Positions 36,959 to 50,100 of a stretch of 64,000 nucleotides of DNA are shown one piece after another (within the stretch, counting starts at the first letter, position 1; each line of letters opens with the position of its first letter). Both the position numbers and the translations under genes were made by a program. The notes under the pieces were generated by a model, which had not been told where the DNA came from, searched no databases, and saw only the letters and a list, made by a program, of their open reading frames with translations. The stretch is from Tubiluchus corallicola (taxonomy: Eukaryota; Animalia; Priapulida): positions 434,001 through 498,000 of the forward strand of contig JAQGDQ010000017.1 of NCBI GenBank assembly GCA_030141605.1, written 5' to 3'.

Positions 36959-38294
36959 TTTTTTATTGTCTCAAGGAATATCGTTGTAATATCGATGTAG
37001 TACTTGTAGGTCCAAGTACTTTTGTAGTGCATTAAGTATAGCACTGCAGTAATTAAAGTTAAATCAGATGAGGTTCAGCCTTTATGTTTTAAACAGCCAT
37101 GTGACTGTTTCTCTGTTCTCTACATTGCTTGTTTCATGCGACAGCTTTCCAACTCTTTATTTACATAGCTTCGTTTCAATCGCCTACTATGTCTTTGGTA
37201 TTTGCACTCAAAAATCATTACAGTTGCATATATTGCGAGCTAGACATGCATTATTTATGTTCCTTATGCAAACAACATTAAGCAGTGCTACTTTCCAGTG
37301 TTATCTCACCAATTATTTCACCTCTTATCTTTCTGTCTCATACGTTACACGCGTTGATGTTCCGAACAAACTGGTGTATTTTATATGAACCATTCCCTAG
37401 ACTTCAGTGGCAGTATTTTTGAAAAAGTGCAGATATTGAGTTTCCTTCAAAGACATTTCTTTGTATTTTGCCATGAATGCATTCGTAACAGATTGAAGAT
37501 CCTACATATTACGTCAATTACACACGTTAATCACCTACTTGAATGGACAAGCTTTTAGCAAGAAACGTGACATGAAGCATGGTAAAAACATCAATTGCAA
37601 ATCCCTTTTTAGATTTTTGAAGGCGATTGCTACACTGAAGCACTTTCACGCTTGCTGTGATAGCTGTGTTGCCATTTCCTTAGAAAAGTTAACTGAAATG
37701 TTTTATTTTTGTTGATCTCACTCAAGCAATGAACACGATATAGGCTAATCGGATCACCTTAACATTGTCAACAATTCATCTTCAATTTACAAGATAAAAA
37801 CGATGAAACTGGACTCTAATTGTGTGTTCTCTGAATTACACAAGTTCTCGTTTGTAGCTCATATTTGATGCATAGAATTATAAATTTCAGCCCAAGTTTT
37901 TGACAAAAAATAATATTTAGGTGGTAATAGTAATTCATGTAAGTATAATAATTATTATGGGAAGGAGATTACCCTAACCCCCTAACCCTAATCCATTTGA
38001 CAAAGTAATTTCTTGTGTATGGGGAATTGTAAACTTTAGCCTAATTATGTCACATGTATATAAACATTGCTTTCACATACACAACATTTTTTAAATGTAT
38101 AACATTTTTCTACCAAATACCGATAATTACTATGATAAAAACAGCATATTTTAGAATAATTGTGATTGGGTTGATCTTGTATGAAATCACCTATTAGTAC
38201 CCAAGTACCAAATCCCGCTGTGGCAAAACCGTAAGTTTCCATTTTTACTTTAGCAGTTTATTGTGTACCCAAAACCTCACAACATCTAATGGGC

Positions 38295-39317
38295 TCAGTA
38301 TTGACTTCTGGATACAACAGAGATGGTTTGTACACCGACACGTGCCTGACGCTTGCAGAAAATACGTACTAACTGAGTTTTAATCAGCGGTATTCGAACC
38401 ATGTAAATTAGGGGATTTAGTAATGAGTTAGAACAGAGAATAAAATTCAAAATTGGGTGAATATAGTAAAATTCTATTGTCGTACCACCCATTGCAGCTA
38501 AACCAATTAAGTAAACAGATTGAGGCAGCCAGCACAGCACAAATGTGCCCACAACAAGTGCTATTGTTTGTAGTGCTTTACTGTTAGATCCTAGTGAACT
38601 GCTCTTAGACATCTTAGCTTTCATCTGACCACTTTTCCTCACTGCAATGTATACCTTCATGTACAGTGCAATTGATGTAAACATGGCTGTAAGAAACAAC
38701 ATTGTAGTTACATACGAAGTACTTGCAGTGAAAGGTCCAATGAGGCACAGCAATGTCTTGTAATATTCCGGGCTGTAACCTTTTTGATTGAGCTCATTCC
38801 ATGTTGTTAATGGCGGCATCATCGAAAAGATAAATGAAAATCCTATAATACCAATTCCTGCAATGATTACGTGTGTTATTTTTAGTCCACTTGAATGCGG
38901 ATGCACAATCTTGATGTAACGATCAATTGAAAGAAATAACATCCCCAATGCAGATATTAGGAAACCAGTTACTGCAAATACCGCGCCTGCCCAACACCAA
39001 TGTCCGCGATCCGACAGAATACCGTAATTTGTATCTATTGAAAGAAGAATAAACTTGAAAAGTCTGCTTATCCCTATGCAGGCGTCCCCTACTGCAACAG
39101 TTGCTACTATCAACACAGAACTTTCGAGCTTTCGTGCAGTGAATATAGCTATGATTGTCAATGCATTGCTTGCAATTATCAAACATCCAAGCACTAGATG
39201 TATCGAGTACTGAATAGTCAAATATGACCTTAACTCCAAGTTGTTGTATAGCATTAATGCTTTCATCTTGTTCAGTTCTTCTTTGATAATGGCATCCGTT
39301 GTATTCTGGTGTTCCAT
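38295..39317 (-). CDS. Intronless class A GPCR, copy 10 (340 aa, MEHQNTT...)
   Basis: 7TM, SIDRY, LCL, CWLP, NSLLNPLIY. First ATG is 39317. Confidence 0.92.
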   Translation of the reverse strand: MEHQNTTDAIIKEELNKMKALMLYNNLELRSYLTIQYSIHLVLGCLIIASNALTIIAIFTARKLESSVLIVATVAVGDACIGISRLFKFILLSIDTNYGILSDRGHWCWAGAVFAVTGFLISALGMLFLSIDRYIKIVHPHSSGLKITHVIIAGIGIIGFSFIFSMMPPLTTWNELNQKGYSPEYYKTLLCLIGPFTASTSYVTTMLFLTAMFTSIALYMKVYIAVRKSGQMKAKMSKSSSLGSNSKALQTIALVVGTFVLCWLPQSVYLIGLAAMGGTTIEFYYIHPILNFILCSNSLLNPLIYMVRIPLIKTQLVRIFCKRQARVGVQTISVVSRSQY

Positions 39318-39956
39318 CTCTTGTTTTAAGTTGTGTGCTAACACTTTTCTTATTACCTTTGTGCAAATGTTTAAATGTTTGTGCAAATACTTTCCATATA
39401 GTCAGAAAGACCTTGAAGTCTGTAATCAACTATAATAAACACTCTTTTGAAAGTGGACACTTTTTCTTTGAACGTAGCTCAATTTTTGCGCAGTGTGCTG
39501 ATGTCATGGATATTTTTTGGACATTTGTGTATAGTGTCTATAGAGGACTTTTCATAATGCTGAAAAGCATTGAGTACGTCGGTAAATGTTTGCGTGACTT
39601 AATTCAATAAAGGAGCTTTTTGCTGGAATCTAGATGTAACAGACAAATTGCTCAGGTTCAGCTTAATAAAAGGGAGGAGTTGCTCTTGCAATGGACTTTG
39701 CCAATTTTAACTAAGTATATTATGGCATGTCCGTATCGATTTGCGTTGCATTAATCAATTTGTTTTAATCTTGTTTAGAATGCACGAGTTATAATAAATG
39801 GATTTCTAAACATTAAGATCAAGAATGGAAGATTTCGTGGTAGTATTTACTTGGCGGGTGGGTTCAAGTAAAAAAACTTTTGAGTTGTGTTATGCTGCCA
39901 AAAATAGTGTGATATTTGAGTGAAATTCAAATATTTAAACGAACAAACATTCATAA

Positions 39957-40118
<162 letters not shown>

Positions 40119-40611
40119 TATAATTAAATAGTAAATTATTATCTAACAGATGTCTAATATCTTTGTACCAGCTTTGTTATGCTTTTTAAATAAGTATAAT
40201 ATAAACAATACAATTTCCTTAATATAGAGTTTTATTTCTTTGTTTTGTTTTTAATATCTTCTTTTTGTCTAAACTAATCGAGTAATGTGAAAACATTTTT
40301 GTCATGATCACATAAATGAAATGAATGAAAAAATGTTCCATGTTATGTTCTAAATTTGATGTGAAAAATGTACTGATATTTCTTGATGCAACTTAAGTTC
40401 TCTAAATTTTTTCAGCTGCTTAAAATTAATTTGGTTACTTTATGTATTCACTCAGTTTCTTGCAAAAGTTTTATTGAAGTAAATTTACAGATGAGTCAAA
40501 TTTTTTTGGTAGGCAGACATTTTCTAGATAAAAAATCTTGAATGTTTTGTTCAACTATGTTCATTGCAAAATTAAGCATATTTTCCTAACATTTCGGCTA
40601 TTTTTTTGCAG

Positions 40612-43487
40612 TACTACGACACAGAGTTCACATTATGGGACCGATTCGATCTTCAGGGTGAGATGACTCTCCGAGAATTTATTGAATACTTCCAAGTAAG
40701 TAAAAATTACTTGTGTGGTCTGTTTTTCATTGCCAAGGGTCACCTATATGCAGATTTGACACTGAGCTATTCTTTGTCATTGGATTCATTATCTCCATTT
40801 CTCTGCTTAACCCAGGCTTTCACTGGGTTTGCAACATCCAAAAATTTCTAAATCCAACGGTCACAAAACATTCCTGTTCACCGTTGTTGCAAAAATGTTG
40901 CCGACTTTGAAAAATTTTGTTACAGTATTTAAAGTTTGTCGCCGGAGTCGCAAAGCTCGCTACTTCGCCAAAACTTCGCAAAATAGTATATGCAATACGT
41001 TCGCAAATTTGTCGCAATTATTTGTAATGTTCGTCAACTATTTCCGAATTGGCAAAAATCCCTCAAACATTTTGCAATGCTTTTGAGAATGTTGCGATGA
41101 CTTTGCGACTATTTTTTGAGCATTTTGCTACATTTTGGCGCGCCTTGGTGGTCCTGCACTATTCTGCAAAAATTCCATGAAATTGCAGTGAAATAATCCT
41201 AAAATACTCACACGACTGTCAGGCAACATTTATCTTATTGCACAAGCATTGCAGAAGTCGCTAAATATGTGCAAAGTTCGTGCGACATTCTTGAGATTTT
41301 TGCTCGAGAAAAAAGCACGAAATTCGCAAAAATGTGGCAAAAGTAGCGCAAGCTTCGCACGAATGATTTGCGACGAAACGCAGTCCGCGGAATAGTTTGA
41401 CAACTATTGGAATTAGAAGATTTTCGACTGTTGCAAAAAAGTTGCAGTCCCGTGAACATAAATTGCATAATGATATTCAACTACAGTAGTAAACACCAAA
41501 GTATGCTGAATTATTTTAATTGTAAACCTTCGTCTTTTTGCATGTCCAATAACAAATGATTTAATTCACAACTGGCATAATGAATTTGAATTCATATCTG
41601 TTACATTTGTGACCAAAAGGCGTTCTTTTTGGTCAACGTTCGTCACTGTAGTAATTAATAACTATACTGACATACTTTACGATCTCTTGTTTACGACACC
41701 TCGAGTTTATATAACACCATCAAGCTGCAGATGACAATCGAGAGCTTCTAAATAGCCTAATGCATACAAAAATAGCCATATTGTTGTGTTAAAATTGTAC
41801 AAAATGCTTATGCAATGTACAAAAGTGTATTCATACAATATCAAAACAACCAGTGTGGAATTTGAGAGTATTAAGGTCTTGCTGATGTCTTCTCTTTCTT
41901 GTTGATGGCCTATTGTGTTCATTTGATATATACAGTGTCCCCTCATTTATTGCAAGTGAATTTCCGCGAAGTAGGGACGCTATACTTATTTTAGTAGTTA
42001 TACGTTATTTTAAGTCTTTATAAACAATCCCCACACTCTTATACACTCCCCACAATTCAGTCTCTAACGAAAATTTCACAAATAGCGTACACAACACCGC
42101 AGATGAAAACTATGCACACGCGACAAGTAGCATCTCAAGCGGGCGCAAGTACTACATTTCGTTTTTGGTGTATATTCATCCGCCGAATAAATACACTATT
42201 TACTGTAAATGGTAATTTTTTATGATTTGTAATATTCTTTTAATGTTAGAATTAATATTTTTAATATATTTTTATACATTTTGTGATTTTTTATGCAAAA
42301 TTTATCAAATCTATGCATTACTATACAATACGTACTATGCATGTGCAAAAGTACTTTAGACGGAGTACTACAAAAACCCGCGAAACAGCTAGTTCACGAT
42401 AAACGAACCGCAAAGTAGCGATGTAACACTGTATTATCAGATATCTGTGAAAGAATATTCTACAAAGATTAAACTTTGCAGAAGAAAGTGGTTCTGTATA
42501 ATAATTATGTGAGTTGTAATATTTGTAAATTGTTTTCAGAACGAGCACAAGTTGGAAATTACAATGTTGTCACAAGGTGTCTGCATGCTTTTTTCATTCT
42601 TTATGGCTCCAGCCAAGCGCAAGGAGCGACTGGACTTGCCGTGAGTACCGTTAGCTTATTTGTGTTTTCTACATAAGAATATGTGTTGTAAAAGATTTTT
42701 TGTGTATTTGACAGAGCCCAGAGAAACCTAGAGTGTTATTTAAGAAGATTTTCGAATTCCAAGTTGTTACAGATAAAAAATCTAGCCATAAAAGATGTTA
42801 TTTCATTCATAAATTTCACAGTTAGTTACCACGCATTCTTAAGAAAGAGGTTGTAATCCTCACCCAAATTGAGAGGCAAGAATGGGCATCATGTGTTAGG
42901 TAAATACAGCTATCTGCATGTGCACTGGTGAAATATTGATTGATAATGCAGGCTAGCAGTCTCTTTCTTGCTCAAGCGCGATATTAAAATCAGAAGCCAT
43001 TTTAAAAATAAAAATATGTTTTATGAGAAAGGGCCATTAGCTAGATTACTTTATTTGTACTGCAATGTCTTCGTTAAAATCTAACTAAGTAATGAACACA
43101 GTTTAATTAGCTTGTATGCCACAATCACCATGTTTACCATCCTTTACTGGACCATTTAATTGGTTAGATTAAAAAAACAAAATGACTGATCTAGGATGAC
43201 AAACTAGTCAAGTCTTAATTGTTTATTAAACTTCCTGTGGAAATTAAATTTACAAGTCTACATTTATAGTGTGGCATACTTTAGTTTGTTGATCATTTTA
43301 CCAGTCTGTCTTTGTAGCCTAGGAATTCAGAAACCTTTCTTTCTTCTGCAGAATGTCAGAGGTTGTAAAGAAGGTGAGTAAGAAGAAAATTGAACCCCAC
43401 GTGAGAGCACTCGTCTTTGAACTGTGCTGCAACGACCTTGATGGCGAGGACGTTGAGGTACCGTATGTACGTTACATGCTGCCATAG
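40612..43487 (+). CDS. UBA1: Ubiquitin-activating enzyme E1, last three coding exons (ubiquitin-fold domain); 5' part not in window
   Basis: Exons 40612-40695, 42540-42640, 43352-43487 with AG/GT ends splice in frame to [28 protein letters not shown]|[34 protein letters not shown]|[44 protein letters not shown], the recognisable UBA1 C-terminus. Confidence 0.95.
40815..41458. mobile_element. Non-autonomous DNA transposon (possibly Harbinger-like) in a UBA1 intron
   Basis: Imperfect ~60-bp inverted ends (ttcactgggtttgcaacatccaaaaatttctaaatccaa / ttggaattagaagattttcgactgttgcaaaa...cccgtgaa); interior rich in tcgca/tgcga. Confidence 0.55.
41933..42431. mobile_element. Tigger/pogo-like MITE
   Basis: TA|cagtgtcccctc ... 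cgatgtaacactg|TA. Confidence 0.55.
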
Positions 43488-43914
43488 TCAGTCATCTGTC
43501 ATCGAAGTCACATCCGCTTGCTGGTTTTGGTCGAGAATATGCTGGCATCTCATTGTTGCTGTCATTTTTTATTCAATTTTTCATTTTATGATGTAATTTT
43601 TGATTTTTTGACTCTGTTTTTGGAGTTCTTCAAAATTGTTTAAAGAAAGGTTGGAAAACCTCGCATCACTTACATTTGTAGGATCGTTTGTGTAAAAATC
43701 TCTGTCGTGCTATACAGTTTTCATTGTCTCTCGTGTAACAAGTGAACTGTTTTGTTGCTATGCAACAGCTCAAATGTATTTATTGTTATTAAGATTATAA
43801 TAATGTCCAATTTTACTGGTTGAGTAAACGTTTTGGTGCTAGAAAGCCTTACCAGGATGTTACTTGATCCAGAAAAGTTGATAAGATAAACTATAAAACA
43901 AAATAGAAAATCTT

Positions 43915-43920
43915 AATAAA
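43915..43920 (+). terminator. Candidate UBA1 polyadenylation signal
   Basis: AATAAA about 430 nt after the stop codon, followed by GT-rich sequence. Confidence 0.55.
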
Positions 43921-44547
43921 ATGATGATTTTGAATGTAATGTATCGCGTCATTGTGTGTCGATGTTCTGTGATCCACATGCCTAGCTTTTGCTAGGATTC
44001 CGGGACTATCTCGGGATGATATTACTAATATCAATGCCATTTTCAGAAACCTTTACTGTTATTTCATGTCTGATGCAACAGCGCATCATCTGTAACAATA
44101 ATCAAGTCTCATCTCTTGCATTAAGCTGCAGTTACATTGATTTAAGCCTTTTTAAGACTTTTTCCTGTCTATTGAATGTAATGGACCAGGCTCGTTTACA
44201 ATTATCGTAGCACGCATGTTAGTGGAATTAGCATAAATAAAACAGCCTTCAACACGTTTAGGTTCCCCAAGTGAATATATTTTCACCTTTTGAGACATCA
44301 AATCACCAGGACAAAAGAAACTGTACATAAGTTACTCTCAAAACCTGGAAATTTACCAGAAACCATCCAGCACCAGATTTTGTACATAAGTTCCAAGGTA
44401 AAATGGGCTCAGGAGAGGTCCATAATGTCTTGTTGCAGTGCATCATGGCGACTCTCTTTCGCCTGTTTTACACTGACGAGAGCTGCTGTGATGTCTTGTT
44501 GCAGCCCACATCATTTCAGTTCTTTTGTGCCTATTTTGTGTTGAAAC

Positions 44548-44822
44548 CAGGGGTGACAGATTTGAATAATTCGATCAGCACTTCAACTGCATAACGTTCC
44601 TTATCATTAAAACATTTGAAACATCATGCAATAAGCACAATTTAGCTGCAATTTCTGTCCACAATTTTTAAACAAATTTTAGTGTTTTTACCGCAGAATA
44701 AAACCAGTAAAATAAAATCAACATGCATGATTCGGTGAGACCGCTTTTTATTATTGATTCGAAAATTTGTGCGAAACTGAATTCCATTCGATTCAAATTC
44801 GTTTTTTGGTCGAGACTGCTCA
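44548..44822. mobile_element. Degenerate copy of the TAGGGGTG-end MITE family
   Basis: Shares ttatcattaaaacatttgaaacatcatg...gcacaattta and ttcgttttt...gagactgctca with 58443-58808. Confidence 0.65.
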
Positions 44823-46113
44823 GTGTGTTTGTACTGTTTCTAGTGATTTGACGGTGTCTTAAAAGGTGAAAACATATTCATTTGAAGATTTCCAAAAGTG
44901 CTGGTGGCCTATTTATTATAATGATATTAGAAATTCTTAGCCCATTCAGCACACACATAAACATCAATACAAGCTTTTACGTAGGCGTGATAATTATCTG
45001 TCTGATTTGTTGTTTTCTTTGCCGGTGATTGTAAGATCATGACTGTAGCTTTGATGAAGTTTATCTCAAAATAAACGGTATAATCACATTACTTTTCCAT
45101 GTCACGACTGTCTTTGTATGATTGGTTTGTCTAATAACTACTAATTTGTAGTTTTGTTTTGGTAGCAGGTGCTGCTTACGTGGATCAAGTGACAGCTCCT
45201 GTTATATTATGCCTTTGTTTATTTTTGGTAATGTTTGCAACGTGAGCATTCCCATTTTACTGTATTTAATTCTAGAACTGTTTAGTTTTGAAATCTCCAC
45301 GATAAGGTTCTTGTAACCCTTTGAAACAAAACAAGAAATTGTGGCAATAGTGCGTATTAAAAGACATTGAAATCGCAAAGAAATGAAATACATGTACTAA
45401 ATTGTCAAAAATCATGGATAAATCTAGGGATGGAACTGTAGTAACTAACACATGTTAAACATAGTTCATAATGTAATTTATTTGGTAGAAAAAGTGGAGC
45501 TAAAAAGACAGTAATTCTTTTTTTCTTAGCTAGATGTGAGGTGCAGTTCCTCATAAAACTAGATTATTTTTGCTATTTTTCTCAGACTTATTATACAGTA
45601 CCTGTACTTTATTTACTGGGAAAAATTCACTTTCATTAGAAAGATACACTCAGTACAAACAGAAAAAAATGAAGTTGATGCTTGCAAAAGTGAGTGTAAC
45701 AAGCAATATACTTGCCGTTTTAATGTTGTACGTGTGCTACGTACTGAGCCCCATACCAGTGACGTATTGGAAAAAGCTAACATAAACCTGGACTTGTTCA
45801 TACTCGTATGTTTACATGGTGATATTGATTTAGTAACTCATGAGGGTAAGAGGTTCTATATAAACTCAATGCCTTTGCAATTGAAATGTTATAACTAAGT
45901 AATACTTAATATTGGTAACTGTGCTCAGTTAAAAGGATCTTGGAAGACAGTGTGTCAAAAATCTGTTTACATCTGTTCTCAACCTATTGGGTAAGTATTG
46001 AATATATCTTTTCTCATTTATATATATTTGGTCATTAGTGATTGTTATGTCATAATTTTTATCGTGGTATTATGAACTGCCTATCATAAATGCAGCATTT
46101 CAAATAATAAAGC

Positions 46114-46330
46114 AATAATAATAATAATCTTTATTTAAAGTTAGATTTTTGGATCAACAACTAACATGTAAGCTCAAAGAGACAGAGACTATTATTACAT
46201 CAGTTTTACCCTAAATACCACATGTGAAGCAGGGCAAAATCAGGTACCATTTTTAAAGTCTGGTATAACCCAGCTGCAGTGTCGAACTCACAACCTCCCA
46301 GATTGAAAGCGAACGCGTTACCACTAGATT
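46114..46330 (-). mobile_element. tRNA-derived SINE
   Basis: Minus strand has A-box-like ctagtggtaa, B-box-like gagttcgaca, a body ataccagactttaaaaatggtacctg and a (TTA)n tail. Confidence 0.6.
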
Positions 46331-47135
46331 AAACCGTTTGGTCTACACTTTAAACTTTAGTAGTAGTAAATAAGAGAATTTAAACGTTAATAGTAGAATT
46401 TTCTGCTTTGTCTGAGATTGTCATTGCAATATTTTGTCAGAGCTGTTGAGTGGTTTAAATAGTGCCCAATTTTTTTATTATAATGATAATGAAAGCCTTT
46501 GCTTAACATGTGGTTTATGTTTGTAAGAAATTTGTGGTTTATTTCACAGTAAAATCTTTATAAAAATGTAATATAATTATATAGAATTTTCCATTTTTTA
46601 TGAAAAAAATGTGCAAAAGCATGAAATTTTTCTTGTGCTTTTGGATGCAAAGCACAAACCTAGTAAATTGTGCTAAATCTAATTTTCTTATGCAATTCGA
46701 TGCTACAAAATCTGTGTCCAGCACTCAAATGCCTACTGCTGTATTAACGTTGGCCGACGATCAATTTACTGATCAGACTTTGTATTGCTTAACTTTGGTA
46801 GGTGAGCTCTAGCATGAACACTAAGTTTTTCTTTCACTGCAAGCTTTTTGGTCTTTAACTGCACTTTGTAACATATCGATACGTTTTATCTCGCATTGTA
46901 AAACACTTAAGAAAGGAACTTTGTACCAATTTATAGGGCCAGCAAATATAGTCTGTTTGACATATGCAATTTTAAATGGTAGTACAACTGCCGTGTAATG
47001 TTAGATTTTGAAGCAGTATTCAGTGCTGTTTGCTTGTTTTACGCAATATAAGGGAATAGCTATAGCTACTTAGACCTACAATACCAACTGGTATTAACTT
47101 AAGGATTGCTATTTATCAGAATTTGTTTGGTCACG

Positions 47136-50100
47136 ATGCCACGGAAGAGGAAGGCGATATCGCAGATTGTAGCACCATCATCAGTTGACTGGGAAAGTAT
47201 GAAAGTGGCTGATCTTGTTAAAGAATGCCAGAAACGTGGACTCAGTGCTAGTGGAAAAAAGATTGCCCTTGTTGCTGCACTTTTGGCTAGTGGTAAGAGG
47301 TCAAAATAAATTGCATTGGTAACACTTGACAATTGAAAGCATTTCAATGTACATTTCATTGGTGCACATAATTTTAAATGAAAAAGGTATCGGTTAAAGG
47401 AAGACCGGACGATTGATTAGACTCATTCTCATTTTAATTTACTGTCCAATAAGTACATACCTATAAAAGTTAGCAGTTATTTTTAATATTTGAATAATGA
47501 GCTTGGTAAGTTAATTAATGGCAACCAAACAAACTATCGCTTACATTATAAACTAACCACAGTTTGTGCAATGGTAGACATCCTCCCTGCATGTCAAATA
47601 TGTTTATGTAAGCGAAGATTGCTATAAGACGCGGATGTGATGTCACAATAATGAGCTCTACATCACACTGATGTCACAGATGAACACTGCAGTTCACGAT
47701 CACGCTTATCATGGTACTGCGCCTATTTGCCGGCCACGCGAATGTGACAAAAAGGCACCTTTGCCAGTCTTAGTGGATTCGCTCACCTGCACATAGCTTT
47801 GAAAGTTTAACAAAATTTAACTATCCGAGGTAATTATTATTTAATCTAAGCTTTGATTTTAAAAAGGCTGTTATAGTTTTCAGTATTTTTGAGCATACTT
47901 TATTTAGAACAAATGTCTACACAATCGTCTGAATTCCATCATTCAACCATGTGTGATGATTGACTACCTACTCAGGACTTATTCAGTTCCATGTTTGTGG
48001 CATGACTGGAACCAAGTGTCATAATGCATAAGTCTAGGTTCAAGTTTGGATGGAATAATAAGTGTTATTCAAAGCACCAAACTTGGCAAACTTGAGTTTG
48101 TGTTTCACAGCATGCAACATTGCTACCGTTTATTTCTACAAGTTGAAAACTTCCAGCTGTTATTGTGGTACATGTGACGTAACAATCAATCACTTTCTTT
48201 ATGATTCGATCGAAATATTTTACCATTTTTCTAGTGCTCTGTTTCTTCTGAAACACCCTGTACACGTGTAACAGTCTTGGATTCCTATTATGTTGGACTG
48301 ATTGCTTGTTGAGACATCCTATAGTTTGTAATTATACGTGTTAAATTGTTGTAATTTTTGCATCTCAGAGAGCGCTGCTGGAAGAAAGAAACTCAAGACA
48401 GAAACAAAAACTAAAGCAGAATGGCAAAAAATGAAAGTAGCCGAATTGAGGACCGAGTGCAAGAAGAGAGGCTTGGAAGAGAGCGGTACAAAGGCACAGC
48501 TGATTGAAAAACTTCTAGGTATGATTAATCAAAAAATTTAAAAATATAATTTTTAATAGGGTAAATGCTATAATATTCCTTGGTTCATATTCGGGCTGGA
48601 AACAGGTTTTTGTACAACCATTTGACACATTTAGCATAAATGTCATACATATGTGTGCATGCTAGATCTTCAAATCCATTTCATGCCCAGCCAAGTTTTT
48701 TAGTCTGTCTTGATCATCGTACCCTGGCGCATCTATCCTTATGTTCTGTCAACGTCATTTCTTTTTTTCTGGAGAAGGCCACAGCCTACCAGGCAAAAAC
48801 CGAACAAGTATACAGACCAAAGCACGGCAAATTAAAATAAGGCAGGTTGCAGAAAATGTATATAATTATATCTTTTGCTTGTAGGTGGCAGTGATGGAAA
48901 TGCAGATGAAGAGAAGGATGATAAGTCCAAGGTCAAACAAGCCATGGAGGAAATGGCTAAAAGTGGTGCAAAGAAACAGAAAGTTCACAAACTTGATGGT
49001 CATTTACCAGCACATCTAGTAAAGTTTGTTTCATACTTTTATAAGGGATATCAAGGAAGATTTTTAATTTTTTTATGTTGTTACATTATGACCAATATTT
49101 TTGTTCAAACTTTGAAGCTTTTGTCTCATTATTACTGAGAATTTGTTTTAAGGCAGAGTTAAACAGTGGCGTAGCATGGGGTGTGCGGCATGTGCGGACC
49201 AGACAGGGTGGTCAGCCGCAGAAGGTACAAGAACGAAATACACGAATTCGTGACTGCTATTCATTACACGAATGGAAGGAATGAAATTTTAGGCATTTGC
49301 AATAATACAGGAACGAAACGAATGAAATTTTGAAAAACTAATGAAAAACTAATACACGAAAACTAACAGCGACAAAAATTTCTAACAGTGCACTAAATAG
49401 TTGATAATAAAATTAGAATATTTTTGCCGACAGCCCTAACTGTAAGACACCATGACAGCTAAAGGAAACATGTGGGGCCCTCTGGCGGTCAAACAGATCA
49501 CAAAGTGGATACATTTAGGACAATGTTTAAAAAAGGTAGTGACTAGAGGTACGGATCCATACAACATACAATGCTTTAATTGGCTTGACACTGCCTGTAT
49601 GGGGACAATATTCCATTGTAGAAATAGACTCTGCTGCCAGGCTTAAATTACAAATTATAAATCATTTATTATTCCTGTGCACCGTAAGTATGATTATATG
49701 CTTTTATAAACAAGAGCCGTACTGCCATCTGTTGCATGGAAAAGCAACTAGTAATTCGCAGAACTCAAAAGAAACGTCCTATGCATACCAGCTAGTAAAC
49801 AAACGGTAACAGCAGTCAGGTGGTCAATGCAAATTTTTAGATTGATTTGTGATAAACTTTAAACATATAAGACTTGTGCAAAAGTCCAAGTTTAATTTTC
49901 TCATTGTGGTTTCCTTTTCTTAGAAAAACTCAAACATGTACTGTGTATACAATGATTATGACTGCATGCTAAATCAGACGAACATTGGTCACAACAACAA
50001 CAAATATTATGTGATCCAGATAATCCAGTGCAAGGGTGGTCATAATCTGTTCTATGTATGGAACCGCTGGGGTAGAGTGGTGAGTTGCATAAATATTGTA

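Noticed and set aside
37970-37992. ccctaa telomere-like repeats
   Set aside because: Only about three imperfect units; too short to call.
2194-39317. Calling the GPCRs true olfactory receptors or opsins
   Set aside because: KAxxT also occurs in non-OR class A receptors, other OR motifs are absent, and there is no family-wide TM7 retinal-binding Lys.
46114-46330. tRNA gene
   Set aside because: A/B boxes are present but no full cloverleaf, and it has a SINE-like body and tail.
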